The translations under genes and the position numbers were made by a program. Positions 45,893 to 61,219 of a DNA stretch of 64,000 nucleotides are shown here, piece by piece. How positions within the stretch are numbered: the stretch's first letter is position 1; each line of letters begins with the position of its first letter. Origin of the DNA: Eledone cirrhosa (Eukaryota); contig OZ024745.1 in NCBI GenBank assembly GCA_964016885.1, positions 73,222,001 through 73,286,000 on the forward strand. Reading direction: 5' to 3'. The notes beneath the pieces are model-generated. The model was not told where the DNA came from and did no database searches. It saw nothing but the letters and a program-made list of their open reading frames with translations.

Positions 45893-47623
45893 ACTAATCA
45901 GAGAGCGAATTGATCTAGATGAAATGCAGTTCGGGTTTGAGTCAGGAAAAAGTACCACAGACGCTCTTTTCATTGTACGACAACTACAGGAGAAGTACCT
46001 AGCTAAAAGTAAACCCCTATACTTAGCTTTCGTCGACTTGGAGAAGGCCTTCGACAGAGTCCCCCGTTCCATTATCTGGTGGGCTCTTAGAAAACTAGGT
46101 GTCGATGAATGGCTTGTGAGAGCTATACAAGCCATGTATAAAGAAACAGTCAGCAAGGTTAGAATTAACAACGAATATAGTGAAGAGTTTAGTGTAAAAG
46201 TTGGTGTTCATCAGGGCTCTGTTCTTAGCCCCCTACTATTTATTGTTGCCTTCCAGGCTATAACAGTGGAGTTCAAGACCGGCTGCCCATGGGAACTCCT
46301 ATACGCAGATGATCTAACGCTCATAGCTGAATCAATGGCCGAGCTAGAGAAGAAATTCCAAACTTGGAAGCACGGGCTAGAATCAAAAGACCTTAAAATT
46401 AACCTGGCTAAGACTAAAGTTCTAGTTTGTAAGAAAGAAAATAAGGCGGCGGTCCCCTCTGGGAAGTGAAAAGGCGTAGGTAGAAATTCCATTTTGTGTC
46501 CCAAATGCAAAGTTTGGGTTCATAAAAGATGTAGTGGGATCACAGGTAAGCTAAGAACATAGATTTTACATGTGGCCGGTGTTCTGGGGCAATAAGTAGC
46601 AGCAAGTGCCCACAAAATACTAGCTCTTTCAACTGCGCAGAGGGTTCTATAGAAATAGTGGACAGCTTCCGTTACCTGGGTGACAAAATCAGCAGTGGGG
46701 GAGGGTGCTCTGAAAGTACAGTAGCTAGAGTTAGAACTGGGTGGAAAAAGTTCAGAGAGCTTATACCACTATTAGCCGCTAAAGGGTTCTCCCTAAAAAT
46801 GAAAGGCAGGTTGTACGATGCCTGCATACGAACAGCAATGTTGCATGGCAGTGAGACCTGGGCATTGTGTGCAGAGGATATACACAGACTAGAGAGAAAC
46901 GAAGCTTGCATGCTCCGCTGGATGTGTAATAGTAATATACGCGAACGGCAAAGCATAAACGAACTAAGGAAAAAATTAGAAATAAGAGGGATCAGATGTT
47001 GTTTACTAGAGAGAAGGCTACGTTAGTATGGTCACGTGATGCGCATGAAGGACGATAGCTGTATAAAAAAGTGCAGGGCAATAAAGATAGACGGTAGCCA
47101 CGGAATAGGCAGACCCAGAAAAACCTGGGACGAGCTGATAAACTCCGACCTCACCCAGTTACACCTCACCAAGACAATGTCACTGGACCGAGACCTTTGG
47201 CGGTACTCAGTAATAGAGAAGACCCGCCTTACCTAAATACAAAGTAAAACCTACTACAGTCAGTAGGCATCTCTAACAAAATACACCCCCGTCCCACCAC
47301 CCCCACCCTATCCACACCGCCCCCTCTATGTAAAGTTATGTTGGTGCCACACCATCCAGGCCGAAACAAATGAGATCGTGTAGGTGTCACGACAAAAAAA
47401 CACACAGTCCACGCTGTAATGTGGCCGTGTAGGCAACACGGTAAAAACCTCCCAGACCCACACTGTAAATGTGGTTGGTGTTAGGAAGGGCATCCAACTT
47501 TAGAAAACCCGCCAGACAGTCCTATGCGAGCAAGACAATCACTCTTGCCTCAAGTGGGAAAACCCCCGTCCAAACCCATGCAAGCGTGGAACACGGACGT
47601 TAAACGATGATGATGATGATGAT
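45893..47623 (+). mobile_element. RTE-clade LINE family C, 5'-truncated within RT
   Basis: [29 protein letters not shown], then C-terminus and (GAT)n tail; small deletion near 46468, stop near 47024. Confidence 0.93.
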
Positions 47624-47698
47624 ATATATATGTATATATATATATATATGTATATATATGTATATATATATATATGTATATATATGTATATGTATATA

Positions 47699-47741
<43 letters not shown>

Positions 47742-47764
47742 GTATATATATATGTATATATATG

Positions 47765-47811
<47 letters not shown>

Positions 47812-47818
47812 GTATATA

Positions 47819-49533
47819 TAAAAAACATAACCTCCAAAACAACATAATGTCCCTCATCAACAATCAGAGAAGAGCTGAAGAGGCCCTCTAATTGATGAAA
47901 ATGGCACTCTTCAAGACAATGCTAAAACCATGGGTGAGATACTGCAGAAACAATACTGCTCTGTTTTCAGCAATCCTGATATGGCCGATCTGGGCTGTAT
48001 CGGCGATGTTACTCCCCATTACACCTTATCGGACATAACGTTTGGCGCCCCTGATGTCTTGGCGGCAATAAAGGAAATCAAGCATAATTCAGCAGTAGGT
48101 CCCGATAGGTTCCCTGCTTGTGTCTTGAAGGCGTGTCAACACCAACTTGCTTCTCCTCTTGCCAATCTGTGGCGGAACTCACTGGATGCTGGATATGTGC
48201 CAGAAAACCTTCTATCCCAGTCTGTTGTCCCAGTTTTCAAAAAGGGAAACAAATCCCTTGCTGTGAATTACCGTCCAATCTCACTCACCTCTCATATCAT
48301 TAAGGTATTTGAGCGAGTGGTGAGATCGCGAATGACCCACTTCCTTGAGAGTAACAATATGCTGAACTCCAACCAGCTGCAGTGGATCAAGAGCTTCCTG
48401 TCAAACAGAACCCAACATGTTGTAGTTGAGGGAGTCAAATCAAGCCCAGCCAAAGTCAGTAGTGGGGTGCCACAAGGCACTGTGTTGGGCCCACTTCTCT
48501 TCATCATCTATATTAATGACATCACTGACATCATCAAACACAGCAACATTAAAATTTTCGCTGATGATTCCAAGCTCCAAAAGGTCATCAATGGCGTGGA
48601 TGACCGGATAGGCCTTCAGTCAGACCTACTGGCTGTTACCCAATGGGCAGAAAAGAACAACATGTTACTGAACGAAGACAAATTCGAACTGATCCACTTT
48701 GGAAAAGAGGATGCTCTGAAACTCCCGTACTCCCTTCCCTCCGGGGAAACTCTCGTGGCATCTAACAACATCAGAGACTTGGGAGTAACCGTGGACAGCA
48801 ACATAAGCTGGACCACGCATATAAGCAGCAAAGTTGACATGGCCCGCAGAATGTGTTCCTGGATCCTCAGAACCTTCCAGTCGAGAGATTCCCGCACCAT
48901 TATCCTTCTCTTCTCTACTTTCGCCCGACCACACCTTGAATACTGTTGTCCACTGTGGTCTCCCCACACGAAACAAAGTATCATGAAACTTGAAGCTCCT
49001 CAAAGGGCAATCACGAAAAAGATAGATGGCATGTCAGACCTTGACTACTGGGGTCGATTGGAAAACCTGAAACTTTACTCACTCCAACGTCGCCGTGAGC
49101 GTTATATTATCTGCATGATGTGGAAAATGTTCCATCATCACTGCCCAAATGATGTTGGCATCGCCTTCAAGATACACCCAAGGCTTGGGCCCCGTGCTAT
49201 CCGTCCCATTCAAAAATCTAAATCGCAACTCATAACAACAATACGGCACAATTATTTCACCTCAATCGGCCCTGCTCTCTTCAACATCACACCAGGACAC
49301 GTCAAAACAGAAACTGACCACACAAAATTCAAGAAGTCTTTGGACAAATTCCTCCAAGTAATCCCGGACAAACCACCCACACCCGGATATGTCTCCGCAA
49401 ACAGTAATTCTCTTCTCGAATGGGCCATGGTGCCCAAATCCTGAATTGAAAGACTTCGCCAGGTGGTGCTATTAAGTTAGACATGGCCTGGGCCAATACT
49501 GGCCAAAACATTTCAAAGTTCAAAGTTAAAAGT
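47819..49533 (+). mobile_element. CR1-group LINE, 5'-truncated, two internal deletions
   Basis: ORF 47930-49444 nearly identical to 57148-59016 but missing 61 aa including LDFSKAFD. Confidence 0.92.
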
Positions 49534-49548
49534 ATATGTATATATATG

Positions 49549-49579
<31 letters not shown>

Positions 49580-49807
49580 GTATATATATATGTATATATA
49601 TATATATGTATATATATATGTAGATAAATCTACCAAGAGTTTACTGTAGTGTCCAATCCGTATGAAGAACTCAATGTATTCCGGATATCATGGAAAGAAG
49701 AAATGTAATGAAAAATCACTTTCGGTGAAAGATAAACGGTATACAGAGTCAAGATAAAATATTAAACAAATAATGAATAAACAATTCCTTATATTAAACA
49801 AAAAAAG

Positions 49808-49961
49808 TTCATTATTTAACGATCGTTTCTAGGATATATATGTGTTAGAGTTGGCATGCATATTCAACAGATCTATGTACAAAATTATATAAAATTATAC
49901 AAACTATCAAGATTAAATATACATACCAACACATATATACGCCGTCTTCAGAAATAATGAA
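49808..49961 (-). ncRNA. Type I hammerhead with about 115-nt stem II expansion
   Basis: Perfect 10-bp stem I TTCATTATTT/AAATAATGAA, CTGAAGA, stem II based on TATATATGTGTT/AACACATATATA, GAAA-CGATCG-TT. Confidence 0.75.
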
Positions 49962-50596
49962 ATATATTTATTGATAATAACAACAATTCAAACTTTCAGG
50001 TCCGTTTGGGAACAAAATTGACCAATGAAAATACAAAAGGTTTAATGCCGTTCGGTGTGTGTATATACATGTAACAACCCTTACACATATTTTACAAAAA
50101 TGTATGCACAACCTGTATACTCATACAAAAAGGATGGATGCAAATACAAAATTTCAAGGTTAATGTCTCTGTAAGTTTATAATGCACAGATAAGATGCGT
50201 ATAGATACATAAATATGAAATAAGTGTATACACATATTTTCATACTAACACATATCCGTACAATCACACATACACGCGCGTATATGCATAAACATACACA
50301 TAAACTACAAACATACAAACACACACACACACCACCACTCACATATATATATGTGGATATAAAATCCTAAGCACATGGATATTAATTCACTCACATAAAC
50401 ACTGGCACACACATTTAGATAAAGATACAGAAATTAGGTGGGAGGGGGGGGGGGAGGTCAGTATTCAACGGTTTGGGCTGCCTGCTTAATATAGATGTAT
50501 CTATAAACTAAGAAAATAAAAAATAATAATAAATAATAAATAAACATTAAAAAGGAAAGAAAAGAAAAAGAAAAAAGAAAAAAGAAATATATCAAG

Positions 50597-50599
<3 letters not shown>

Positions 50600-50631
<32 letters not shown>

Positions 50632-50849
50632 TTATATATATATATTTATATATATATATACATACATATATATATACATACATACACACACACACACACA
50701 TATACATATACACATACACATATACAAACACATACATACATATACACACATCCACACTTAGAACATAACATACACACACATATATAAACATATACATATA
50801 CACACATAGATACATATACACACATACATATAAATACACATATACATAT

Positions 50850-50888
<39 letters not shown>

Positions 50889-51205
50889 TACATACACTCA
50901 TACATACGCATATAATCACACATACTATATAGACACACATATATATACACACATACATACACATATACCTACACTTACATACATATATACATACAGATAT
51001 ACACATACATACCTATATATACACACAAATACATACAGACATATATACATATATACAGACAAATACTTACGCATCTATATATCGGTATATACATACAAAC
51101 ACCACTACACTCTCACACAACTCAGACATACAAAGAAAAAGGTATATACCCATACACATATACATATACAAATAGAGAAACATATACATATATATATATA
51201 TACAC

Positions 51206-51236
<31 letters not shown>

Positions 51237-51459
51237 CATACACATACATATACACATACACACATACACATACAAACACATACATACATGTACACACACA
51301 TAGATATATATACACACACATACACACATACACATACATATATAGTCATACACACACATACACCTACACGAACATACACATACACATATACAAAGATATA
51401 TATACACACACACACACACATACACACACACACATATATATAAAAAAAATAAAGATATA

Positions 51460-51519
<60 letters not shown>

Positions 51520-52130
51520 CACATACATACACACATACATAGACATATATGTACATACATACATATACATAGATACATACACACACATACATACATATAT
51601 ATATACACACATAGACATATACATACATACACACACAACATACATACCCACATATATACTCATACATAGAATTAGATATATAAACATACATAGATACGCA
51701 CTTACATATATACAAATACAAACGCATCCATATATGCGTATATACATAGAAACACCACTACACCCTCACCCAACTCAGATATACGAAGAAAAAAGCATAT
51801 ACATATATACACGCATTAATAGAGATATATATACACATACATATATATATATATATATGCGTGTACACACATACACTTATATACATATACCCACACACAT
51901 ATACAACCATAAATACACATACAAACACCCACATATATAAATATATACACATATATATATATATACACACACATAAAAAACAGACATGCACACATATATA
52001 TTTTTTTACACATACATATACACATATATATACATATACACACCCTCACATATACACATACACATAAGTTATATTATAATAATAAATAATATATATATAT
52101 ATACACACATACATATATATACATATATAC

Positions 52131-52161
<31 letters not shown>

Positions 52162-52454
52162 CACACACATATGAATATAGACATATAAACACACATAGAT
52201 ATATATACATACATATATACACATACATATACACACACACACATATACACATTCACATATACATGTGTGTGCATACACACATATATATACATACACACAT
52301 ATACACATAAACACATATATGTGTATACATGCACACACACACATATATCCACATAGATACCAAGATATACATATAAATAGAGAGACATACATATATATAC
52401 ACACACACACATATACATACATACACACACACATATATATATATATACATATAC

Positions 52455-52509
<55 letters not shown>

Positions 52510-52700
52510 CAGACATACACATACATATACACACATGCATATATACACACATATACACATACATACACACATATATATATATATATACACACAATCATAC
52601 ATTCTTATTTGCATGCGCATATATGTATTTTTATATTCAGATATAAATACCCAAATATATATACACCTACCTACATATATATTCATACATACACGCTTAC
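50600..52700. repeat. Degenerate (CA/TA)n low-complexity region
   Basis: ACAC/ACAT mixture with C on +, opposite polarity to the large arrays. Confidence 0.9.
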
Positions 52701-53816
52701 AAACACAGATGATAATAGTATGGGGGAAAGGGGGGGGGTTGGAGAAGGGGATTATAGTAAATATATGTTTCAAGAAACATAGAATATTATCCGTATCTAG
52801 ATCCAATGTATGTTTATACATAGTATCAGTGTTAGGAAATACAATAAACAAGGAATAAGGCAAAATTTATGCAATTCAAAATAAATAAGTATACCATTAA
52901 TTATATGTTAACTAAACTAAAGATAGTTAACATATTGATTTCTAAGGTGTAAATTAGTTAGGTTTATAATATTTGAAGCAGAATTTTGAAGTTAAATAGT
53001 AGTAGAGTATTAATTATAGTATAACTAAATTAAAGTTAATAACTTTATGGTATCAATATTAGGAAATGAATTTAGTAATAGGGAAAAAACAAATAAAGTA
53101 TTACATCGGTAGTAGAATATAAAATATAGGTTAATTAAATTAAAAATTATATATTTATTTCTATAGTATATGTTAATTAGGTATATAATAAATAAAACAG
53201 ATATTGTTTTTATCAATAGCAGAATATAATTATATGCAAATAGAAATCAAAATTAATACATATACATATACATATACATACACATATATATACATATATA
53301 TATACATATATACACATATACATACGCACACACATACACATACACATATACATATACATATTTTTTCAAAAATTGCAAAGAATATATTAACTAGGTATAA
53401 ATCCAAAACACATCCCATTCTATGATTAGATGACATTCTGCAATTCGTCTGTATAAGGATATTAATTTTAAGCCAATTAAATTAAATTTTTAGGTTGATT
53501 AAAATTAAAACCAAATTATAAATATATTTCTAAAATGTATATTAATTAGGTCTATATTACTAAAAATTATTTCTCTGTCATTGGATACACTATATTTTGT
53601 TATATTTTATCTGTAAAAGAATTATAATAAAAGGTTTAAATAAATTAAAATTAATCTATAAATTAAAATACTAAGTATATATTAGTAATATTTAAAGGTT
53701 TTTCACAATTTATGATTACATAATATTTTATATTCTCATCTGTAATAGAATTTTAATTAAATTAAATTTATAGGTTAACTAACATTTAAATTAAATTAAT
53801 TTCTAAAATAATGTTA

Positions 53817-54182
53817 TTAATTAGGTTTATAATATTTAAATGTTTTTTTTAGTTTATGATTACACGATATAATTAATTCCTGTCGTTTATTTAATAGGAT
53901 ATCCTTAGATTTCATTATTTCAAATAGTTCTTGGGAACATAATCTACATTCATTTCTATTATTTTGATAAGGGGTGGCTCTTTTGAGCACACTCCAGGTC
54001 AAATCATATTCTATATTCTTATTTTTATAACTATTGATTTTTTCTGCTAGAGATGTTGTATTAGCCAGTGCGGCATTTTTAAAACTATGCTTATGGGTAT
54101 TAAACCTTGTCTTAAAATTGTTAGAGGTAGCTCCTATATATGAGCAAATAGAATCTTTAGCTCTAGATAGAAGTGGCCACAA
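53817..54182 (-). pseudogene. PLE GIY-YIG endonuclease C-terminal fragment
   Basis: [47 protein letters not shown], homologous to 22003-22400. Confidence 0.85.
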
Positions 54183-54211
54183 AAATAGATTAGAATATAT
54201 ACCTTATTTTG

Positions 54212-55460
54212 TATATATATATGTATATATATATGTATATATGTATGTATGTATATATATATGTATATATATATATATGTATATATATGTATATATATAT
54301 GTATATGTATATATATATATATGTATATATATGTGTATATATATGTATATGTATATATATATATATGTGTATATATGTATATATATATGTATATATATGT
54401 ATATGTATATATATATATATGTGTATATATGTATATATATATGTATATGTATATATATGTATATATATATATGTATATATATGTATATATATGTATATAT
54501 ATATATGTATATATATGTATATATATATATGTATATATATGTATATATATATGTATATATATGTGTATATATATATGTACATATATATATATATGTATAT
54601 ATGTATATATATATATATATGTATATATATATGTATATATATATGTATATATATATGTATATATATATATGTATATATGTATATATATATATGTATATAT
54701 GTATATATATATATGTATATATATATATGTATGTATATATATATATGTATATATATATATGTATGTATATATATATGTATATATATATATGTATATATAT
54801 ATATGTATATATATATATATGTATATGTATATATGTATATATGTATATGTATATATATATGTATATATGTATATGTATATATATATGTATATATATATAT
54901 GTGTATATATATATGTATATATATATATGTGTATATATATATGTATATATATATATGTGTATATATATATGTATATATATATATGTATATATATATATGT
55001 ATATATATATATATGTGTATATATATATGTATATATATATATGTATATATATATATGTATATATATATATGTATATATATATATGTATATATATATATGT
55101 ATATATATATGTATATATATATATGTATATATATATGTATATATATATATGTATATATATATATGTATATATATATATGTATATATATATATGTATATAT
55201 ATATATATGTATATATATGTATATATATATATGTATATATATATATGTATATATATGGATATATATATATGGATATATATATATGGATATATATATATGT
55301 ATATATATGTATGTATATATATGTATATATATATATGTATATATATATATGTATATATATATATATGTATATATATATATGTATATATATATATGTATAT
55401 ATATATATGTATATATGTATATATATATATGTATATGTATATATATATATGTATATGTAT

Positions 55461-55528
<68 letters not shown>
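54212..55528. repeat. Imperfect (TA)n microsatellite
   Basis: Direct reading. Confidence 0.98.
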
Positions 55529-55529
<1 letters not shown>

Positions 55530-55566
55530 ATATAAGATCAAAAGATGGTTAAAGGAGTTCCATATA

Positions 55567-55633
55567 TTTTATTATGCGCATTTCAAAAACAAACATCATC
55601 AAGCAATAATATTTGTGTTTTCATCAGATAAAA
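55567..55633 (-). ncRNA. Type I hammerhead in a 240-bp orphan insert (55529-55768)
   Basis: TTTTAT-CTGATGA-AAAC.CAAATATT..GATGTTTG.TTTT-GAAA-TGCGCA-TA-ATAAAA. Confidence 0.78.
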
Positions 55634-55820
55634 CAGGAGAACATGATATGAAGGCTAAAAAAACACTTATTGATAGTGCAGTTTTAAATCAACATATGAA
55701 AAACTGTAGAGTGCTTCTTATCCGATATCTGCATTGCTTTATTGTACTACAATAAAACTCACCTCCTACATATATGTATATATATACATATATATATATG
55801 TATATATGTATATATATATG

Positions 55821-55870
<50 letters not shown>

Positions 55871-55873
55871 TGT

Positions 55874-55914
<41 letters not shown>

Positions 55915-55956
55915 TATGTATATATATATGTATGTATATATATGTATATATATATG

Positions 55957-56001
<45 letters not shown>

Positions 56002-56078
56002 GTATATATGTATATATATATATGTATATATATGTATATATATATGTATATATATGTATATATATGTATATATATATG

Positions 56079-56111
<33 letters not shown>

Positions 56112-56166
56112 GTATATATATGTATATATATATGTATATATATGTATATATATGTATATATATATG

Positions 56167-56201
<35 letters not shown>

Positions 56202-56403
56202 GTATATATATGTATATATATATGTATATATATGTATATATATATGTATATATATATGTATATATATGTATATATATATGTATATATATATGTATATATA
56301 TATGTATATATATATGTATATATATATGTATATATATATGTATGTATATATATATGTATATATATATGTATATATATATGTATATATATATATATGTATA
56401 TAT

Positions 56404-56650
56404 ATATAGATGAGATTCTACAGGACTAGAACTGTTTCATTCATTAGAAATCATCAGGAATCTGATGGGATTAGAAATCATCAGGGATTAGAAATCATCA
56501 TTAGAAATCATCAGGGATTCCTGATGATTTCTAATGAATGAAACAGTTCTAGTCCTGTAGAATCTCATCTATATTAAAACTGTTATACTCTGCTATGTAT
56601 TGAGTACCTTACTTACTGTGGTTACCTCCGATTCAACCCGGAATAACGTA
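56404..56650. mobile_element. ORF-less palindromic Penelope-like cassette with a reiterated spacer
   Basis: 59-bp inverted arms 56404-56462 and 56516-56574, tail 56575-56650. Confidence 0.75.
56514..56557 (+). ncRNA. Minimal hammerhead (mirror copy on minus at about 56421-56462)
   Basis: GGATTC-CTGATGA-T TTC taat GAA T-GAAA-CAGT-TC-TAGTCC. Confidence 0.65.
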
Positions 56651-56656
56651 CATATG

Positions 56657-56692
<36 letters not shown>

Positions 56693-56694
56693 CG

Positions 56695-56755
<61 letters not shown>

Positions 56756-57060
56756 GTATATGTATATATATGTATATATATGTATATGTATATATATGTA
56801 TATATATGTATATATATGTATATGTATATATATGTATATATATGTATATGTATATATATGTATATGTATATATATGTATATATATGTATATGTATATATA
56901 TGTATATATATGTATATATATGTATATATATGTATATATATATATGTATATATATATATATGTATATATATGTATATATGTATATATATGTATATATATA
57001 TATGTATATATATATATATGTATATATATGTATATATATATATGTATATATATGTATATA

Positions 57061-59050
57061 TAACTTTGAATAACTTTGAAATGTTTTGGCCAGTATTGGC
57101 CCAGGCCATGTCTAACTTAATAGCACCACCTGGCGAAGTCTTTCAATTCAGGATTTGGGCACCATGGCCCATTCGAGAAGAGAATTACTGTTTGCGGAGA
57201 CATATCCGGGTGTGGGTGGTTTGTCCGGGATTACTTGGAGGAATTTGTCCAAAGACTTCTTGAATCTTGTGTGGTCAGTTTCTGTTTTGACGTGTCCTGG
57301 TGTGATGTTGAAGAGAGCAGGGCCGATTGAGGTGAAATAATTGTGCCGTATTGTTGTTATGAGTTGCGATTTAGATTTTTGAATGGGACGGATAGCACGG
57401 GGCCCAAGCCTTGGGTGTATCTTGAAGGCGATGCCAACATCATTTGGGCAGTGATGATGGAACATTTTCCACATCATGCAGATAATATAACGCTCACGGC
57501 GACGTTGGAGTGAGTAAAGTTTCAGGTTTTCCAATCGACCCCAGTAGTCAAGGTCTGACATGCCATCTATCTTTTTCGTGATTGCCCTTTGAGGAGCTTC
57601 AAGTTTCATGATACTTTGTTTCGTGTGGGGAGACCACAGTGGACAACAGTATTCAAGGTGTGGTCGGGCGAAAGTAGAGAAGAGAAGGATAATGGTGCGG
57701 GAATCTCTCGACTGGAAGGTTCTGAGGATCCAGGAACACATTCTGCGGGCCATGTCAACTTTGCTGCTTATATGCGTGGTCCAGCTTATGTTGCTGTCCA
57801 CGGTTACTCCCAAGTCTCTGATGTTGTTAGATGCCACGAGAGTTTCCCCGGAGGGAAGGGAGTACGGGAGTTTCAGAGCATCCTCTTTTCCAAAGTGGAT
57901 CAGTTCGAATTTGTCTTCGTTCAGTAACATGTTGTTCTTTTCTGCCCATTGGGTAACAGCCAGTAGGTCTGACTGAAGGCTTATCCGGTCATCCACGCCA
58001 TTGATGACCTTTTGGAGCTTGGAATCATCAGCGAAAATTTTAATGTTGCTGTGTTTGATGATGTCAGTGATGTCATTAATATAGATGATGAAGAGAAGTG
58101 GGCCCAACACAGTGCCTTGTGGGACTCCACTACTGACTTTGGCTGGGCTTGATTTGACTCCCTCAACTACAACATGTTGGGTTCTGTTTGACAGGAAGCT
58201 CTTGATCCACTGCAGCAGCTTTCCAGTGACACCAATATTGGACAGCTTTCTCAGTAGAATGTTATGATCAACCCTGTCAAAGGCCTTGCTGAAATCAAGG
58301 TAGATAACATCAGTGTTGGAACCCTCTCCCAAGGCTCTCAAAATGTCATCAAAGTGATGCAGTAGTTGCGTCAGGCAATCCCTTCCATTACGGAATCCAT
58401 GCTGGTTGGAGTTCAGCATATTGTTACTCTCAAGGAAGTGGGTCATTCGCGATCTCACCACTCGCTCAAATACCTTAATGATATGAGAGGTGAGTGAGAT
58501 TGGACGGTAATTCACGGCAAGGGATTTGTTTCCCTTTTTGAAAACTGGGACAACAGACTGGGATAGAAGGTTTTCTGGCACATATCCAGCATCCAGTGAG
58601 TTCCGCCACAGATTGGCAAGAGGAGAAGCAAGTTGGTGTTGACACGCCTTCAAGACACAAGCAGGGAACCTATCGGGACCTACTGCTGAATTATGTTTGA
58701 TTTCCTTTATTGCCGCCAAGACATCAGGGGCGCCAAACGTTATGTCCGATAAGGTGTAATGGGGAGTAACATCGCCGATACAGCCCAGATCGGCCATATC
58801 AGGATTGCTGAAAACAGAGCAGTATTGTTTCTGCAGTATCTCACCCATGGTTTTAGCATTGTCTTGAAGAGTGCCATTTTCATCAATTAGAGGGCCAACA
58901 GTAGAGCCAGTGATTTTGTGTTTTTTTGCAAATGAAAAGAACACTTTGGGATTGAGTTTGATCTTCTCAATGGCCCAGGCCTCTTCAGCTCTTCTCTGAT
59001 TGTTGATGAGGGACATTATGTTGTTTTGGAGGTTATGTTTTTTAATCTCT
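57061..59050 (-). mobile_element. CR1-group LINE, 5'-truncated, young
   Basis: Uninterrupted RT ORF, short 3'UTR, (TTCAAAGTTA)2 tail. Confidence 0.93.
57148..59016 (-). CDS. LINE ORF2 reverse transcriptase (622 aa open; endonuclease lost by 5' truncation)
   Basis: [58 protein letters not shown]. Confidence 0.9.
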   Translation of the reverse strand: MSLINNQRRAEEAWAIEKIKLNPKVFFSFAKKHKITGSTVGPLIDENGTLQDNAKTMGEILQKQYCSVFSNPDMADLGCIGDVTPHYTLSDITFGAPDVLAAIKEIKHNSAVGPDRFPACVLKACQHQLASPLANLWRNSLDAGYVPENLLSQSVVPVFKKGNKSLAVNYRPISLTSHIIKVFERVVRSRMTHFLESNNMLNSNQHGFRNGRDCLTQLLHHFDDILRALGEGSNTDVIYLDFSKAFDRVDHNILLRKLSNIGVTGKLLQWIKSFLSNRTQHVVVEGVKSSPAKVSSGVPQGTVLGPLLFIIYINDITDIIKHSNIKIFADDSKLQKVINGVDDRISLQSDLLAVTQWAEKNNMLLNEDKFELIHFGKEDALKLPYSLPSGETLVASNNIRDLGVTVDSNISWTTHISSKVDMARRMCSWILRTFQSRDSRTIILLFSTFARPHLEYCCPLWSPHTKQSIMKLEAPQRAITKKIDGMSDLDYWGRLENLKLYSLQRRRERYIICMMWKMFHHHCPNDVGIAFKIHPRLGPRAIRPIQKSKSQLITTIRHNYFTSIGPALFNITPGHVKTETDHTRFKKSLDKFLQVIPDKPPTPGYVSANSNSLLEWAMVPKS

Positions 59051-59097
59051 ATACATATATGTATATATATGTATATGTATATATATGTATATATATG

Positions 59098-59160
<63 letters not shown>

Positions 59161-59181
59161 GTATATATATGTATATATATG

Positions 59182-59214
<33 letters not shown>

Positions 59215-59273
59215 GTATATATATGTATATATATATATGTATATATATGTATATATATATATGTATATATATG

Positions 59274-59320
<47 letters not shown>

Positions 59321-59329
59321 GTATATATG

Positions 59330-59367
<38 letters not shown>

Positions 59368-59395
59368 TATATGTATATATATATATATGTATATA

Positions 59396-59464
<69 letters not shown>

Positions 59465-59513
59465 ATATATATATATATGTATATATGTATATATGTATAT
59501 ATATGTATATATG

Positions 59514-59546
<33 letters not shown>

Positions 59547-59959
59547 GTATATATGTATATATATGTATATATGTATATATGTATATATGTATATATATGT
59601 ATATATGTATATATGTATATATATATGTATATATGTATATATATATGTATATATGTATATATATATGTATATATGTATATATGTATATATATATGTATAT
59701 ATGTATATATGTATATATATATGTATATATGTATATATATATGTATATATGTATATATGTATGTATGTATATATATATGTATATATATGTTTATATATAT
59801 ATATGTATATATATGTTTATATATATATATGTATATATATGTTTATATATGTATATATATATATATGTATATATATGTATATATATATATATGTATATAT
59901 ATATGTATATATATGTATATATATATATATGTATATATGTATATATATGTATATATATG

Positions 59960-59994
<35 letters not shown>

Positions 59995-60005
59995 GTATAT
60001 ATATG

Positions 60006-60040
<35 letters not shown>

Positions 60041-60131
60041 GTATATATATGTATATATATATATATATGTATATATATGTATATATGTATATGTATATAT
60101 ATGTATATATATATATATGTATATATATATG

Positions 60132-60182
<51 letters not shown>

Positions 60183-60242
60183 GTATATATATGTATATAT
60201 ATATATATGTATATATGTATATATATATATGTATATATACAC

Positions 60243-60275
<33 letters not shown>

Positions 60276-60297
60276 TATATGTATATATATGTATATA

Positions 60298-60338
<41 letters not shown>

Positions 60339-60339
60339 G

Positions 60340-60370
<31 letters not shown>

Positions 60371-60917
60371 GTATATATATATATGTATATATATGTATAT
60401 ATATATATGTATATATATGTATATATATATGTATATATATATATATGTATATATATATGTATATATATATATATGTATATATATGTGTATATATATGTAT
60501 ATATATATGTATATATATATGTGTATATATATGTGTATATATATGTGTATATATATATGTATATATATATGTGTATATATATATGTATATGTATATGTAT
60601 ATATATGTATATATATATGTGTATATATATATGTATATGTATATGTATATATATGTATATATATATGTGTATATGTATATGTATATATATGTATATATAT
60701 ATGTGTATATGTATATGTATATGTATATATATATGTATATATATATGTATATATATATCTATATCTATATGTATATATATATGTATGTATATATATATAT
60801 GTATATATATATGTGTATATATATATGTATATATATATGTATATATATATGTATATATATATATGTATATATATATATGTATATATATATATGTATGTAT
60901 ATATGTATATATATATG

Positions 60918-61000
<83 letters not shown>

Positions 61001-61023
61001 GTATGTATATATGTATGTATATA

Positions 61024-61064
<41 letters not shown>

Positions 61065-61107
61065 ATATGTATGTATATATGTATGTATATATATATGTAT
61101 ATATATG

Positions 61108-61140
<33 letters not shown>

Positions 61141-61141
61141 G

Positions 61142-61218
<77 letters not shown>
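59051..61218. repeat. 2.2-kb imperfect (TA)n microsatellite
   Basis: Direct reading. Confidence 0.98.

Positions 61219-61219
<1 letters not shown>

Larger units (their letters stand above)
49621..54211 (-). mobile_element. Penelope-like element (Naiad-like) 3' part with a very long low-complexity 3' region
   Basis: GIY-YIG ORF at 53817-54182 and a same-strand hammerhead at 49808-49961; that the whole span is one element is inference. Confidence 0.55.
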
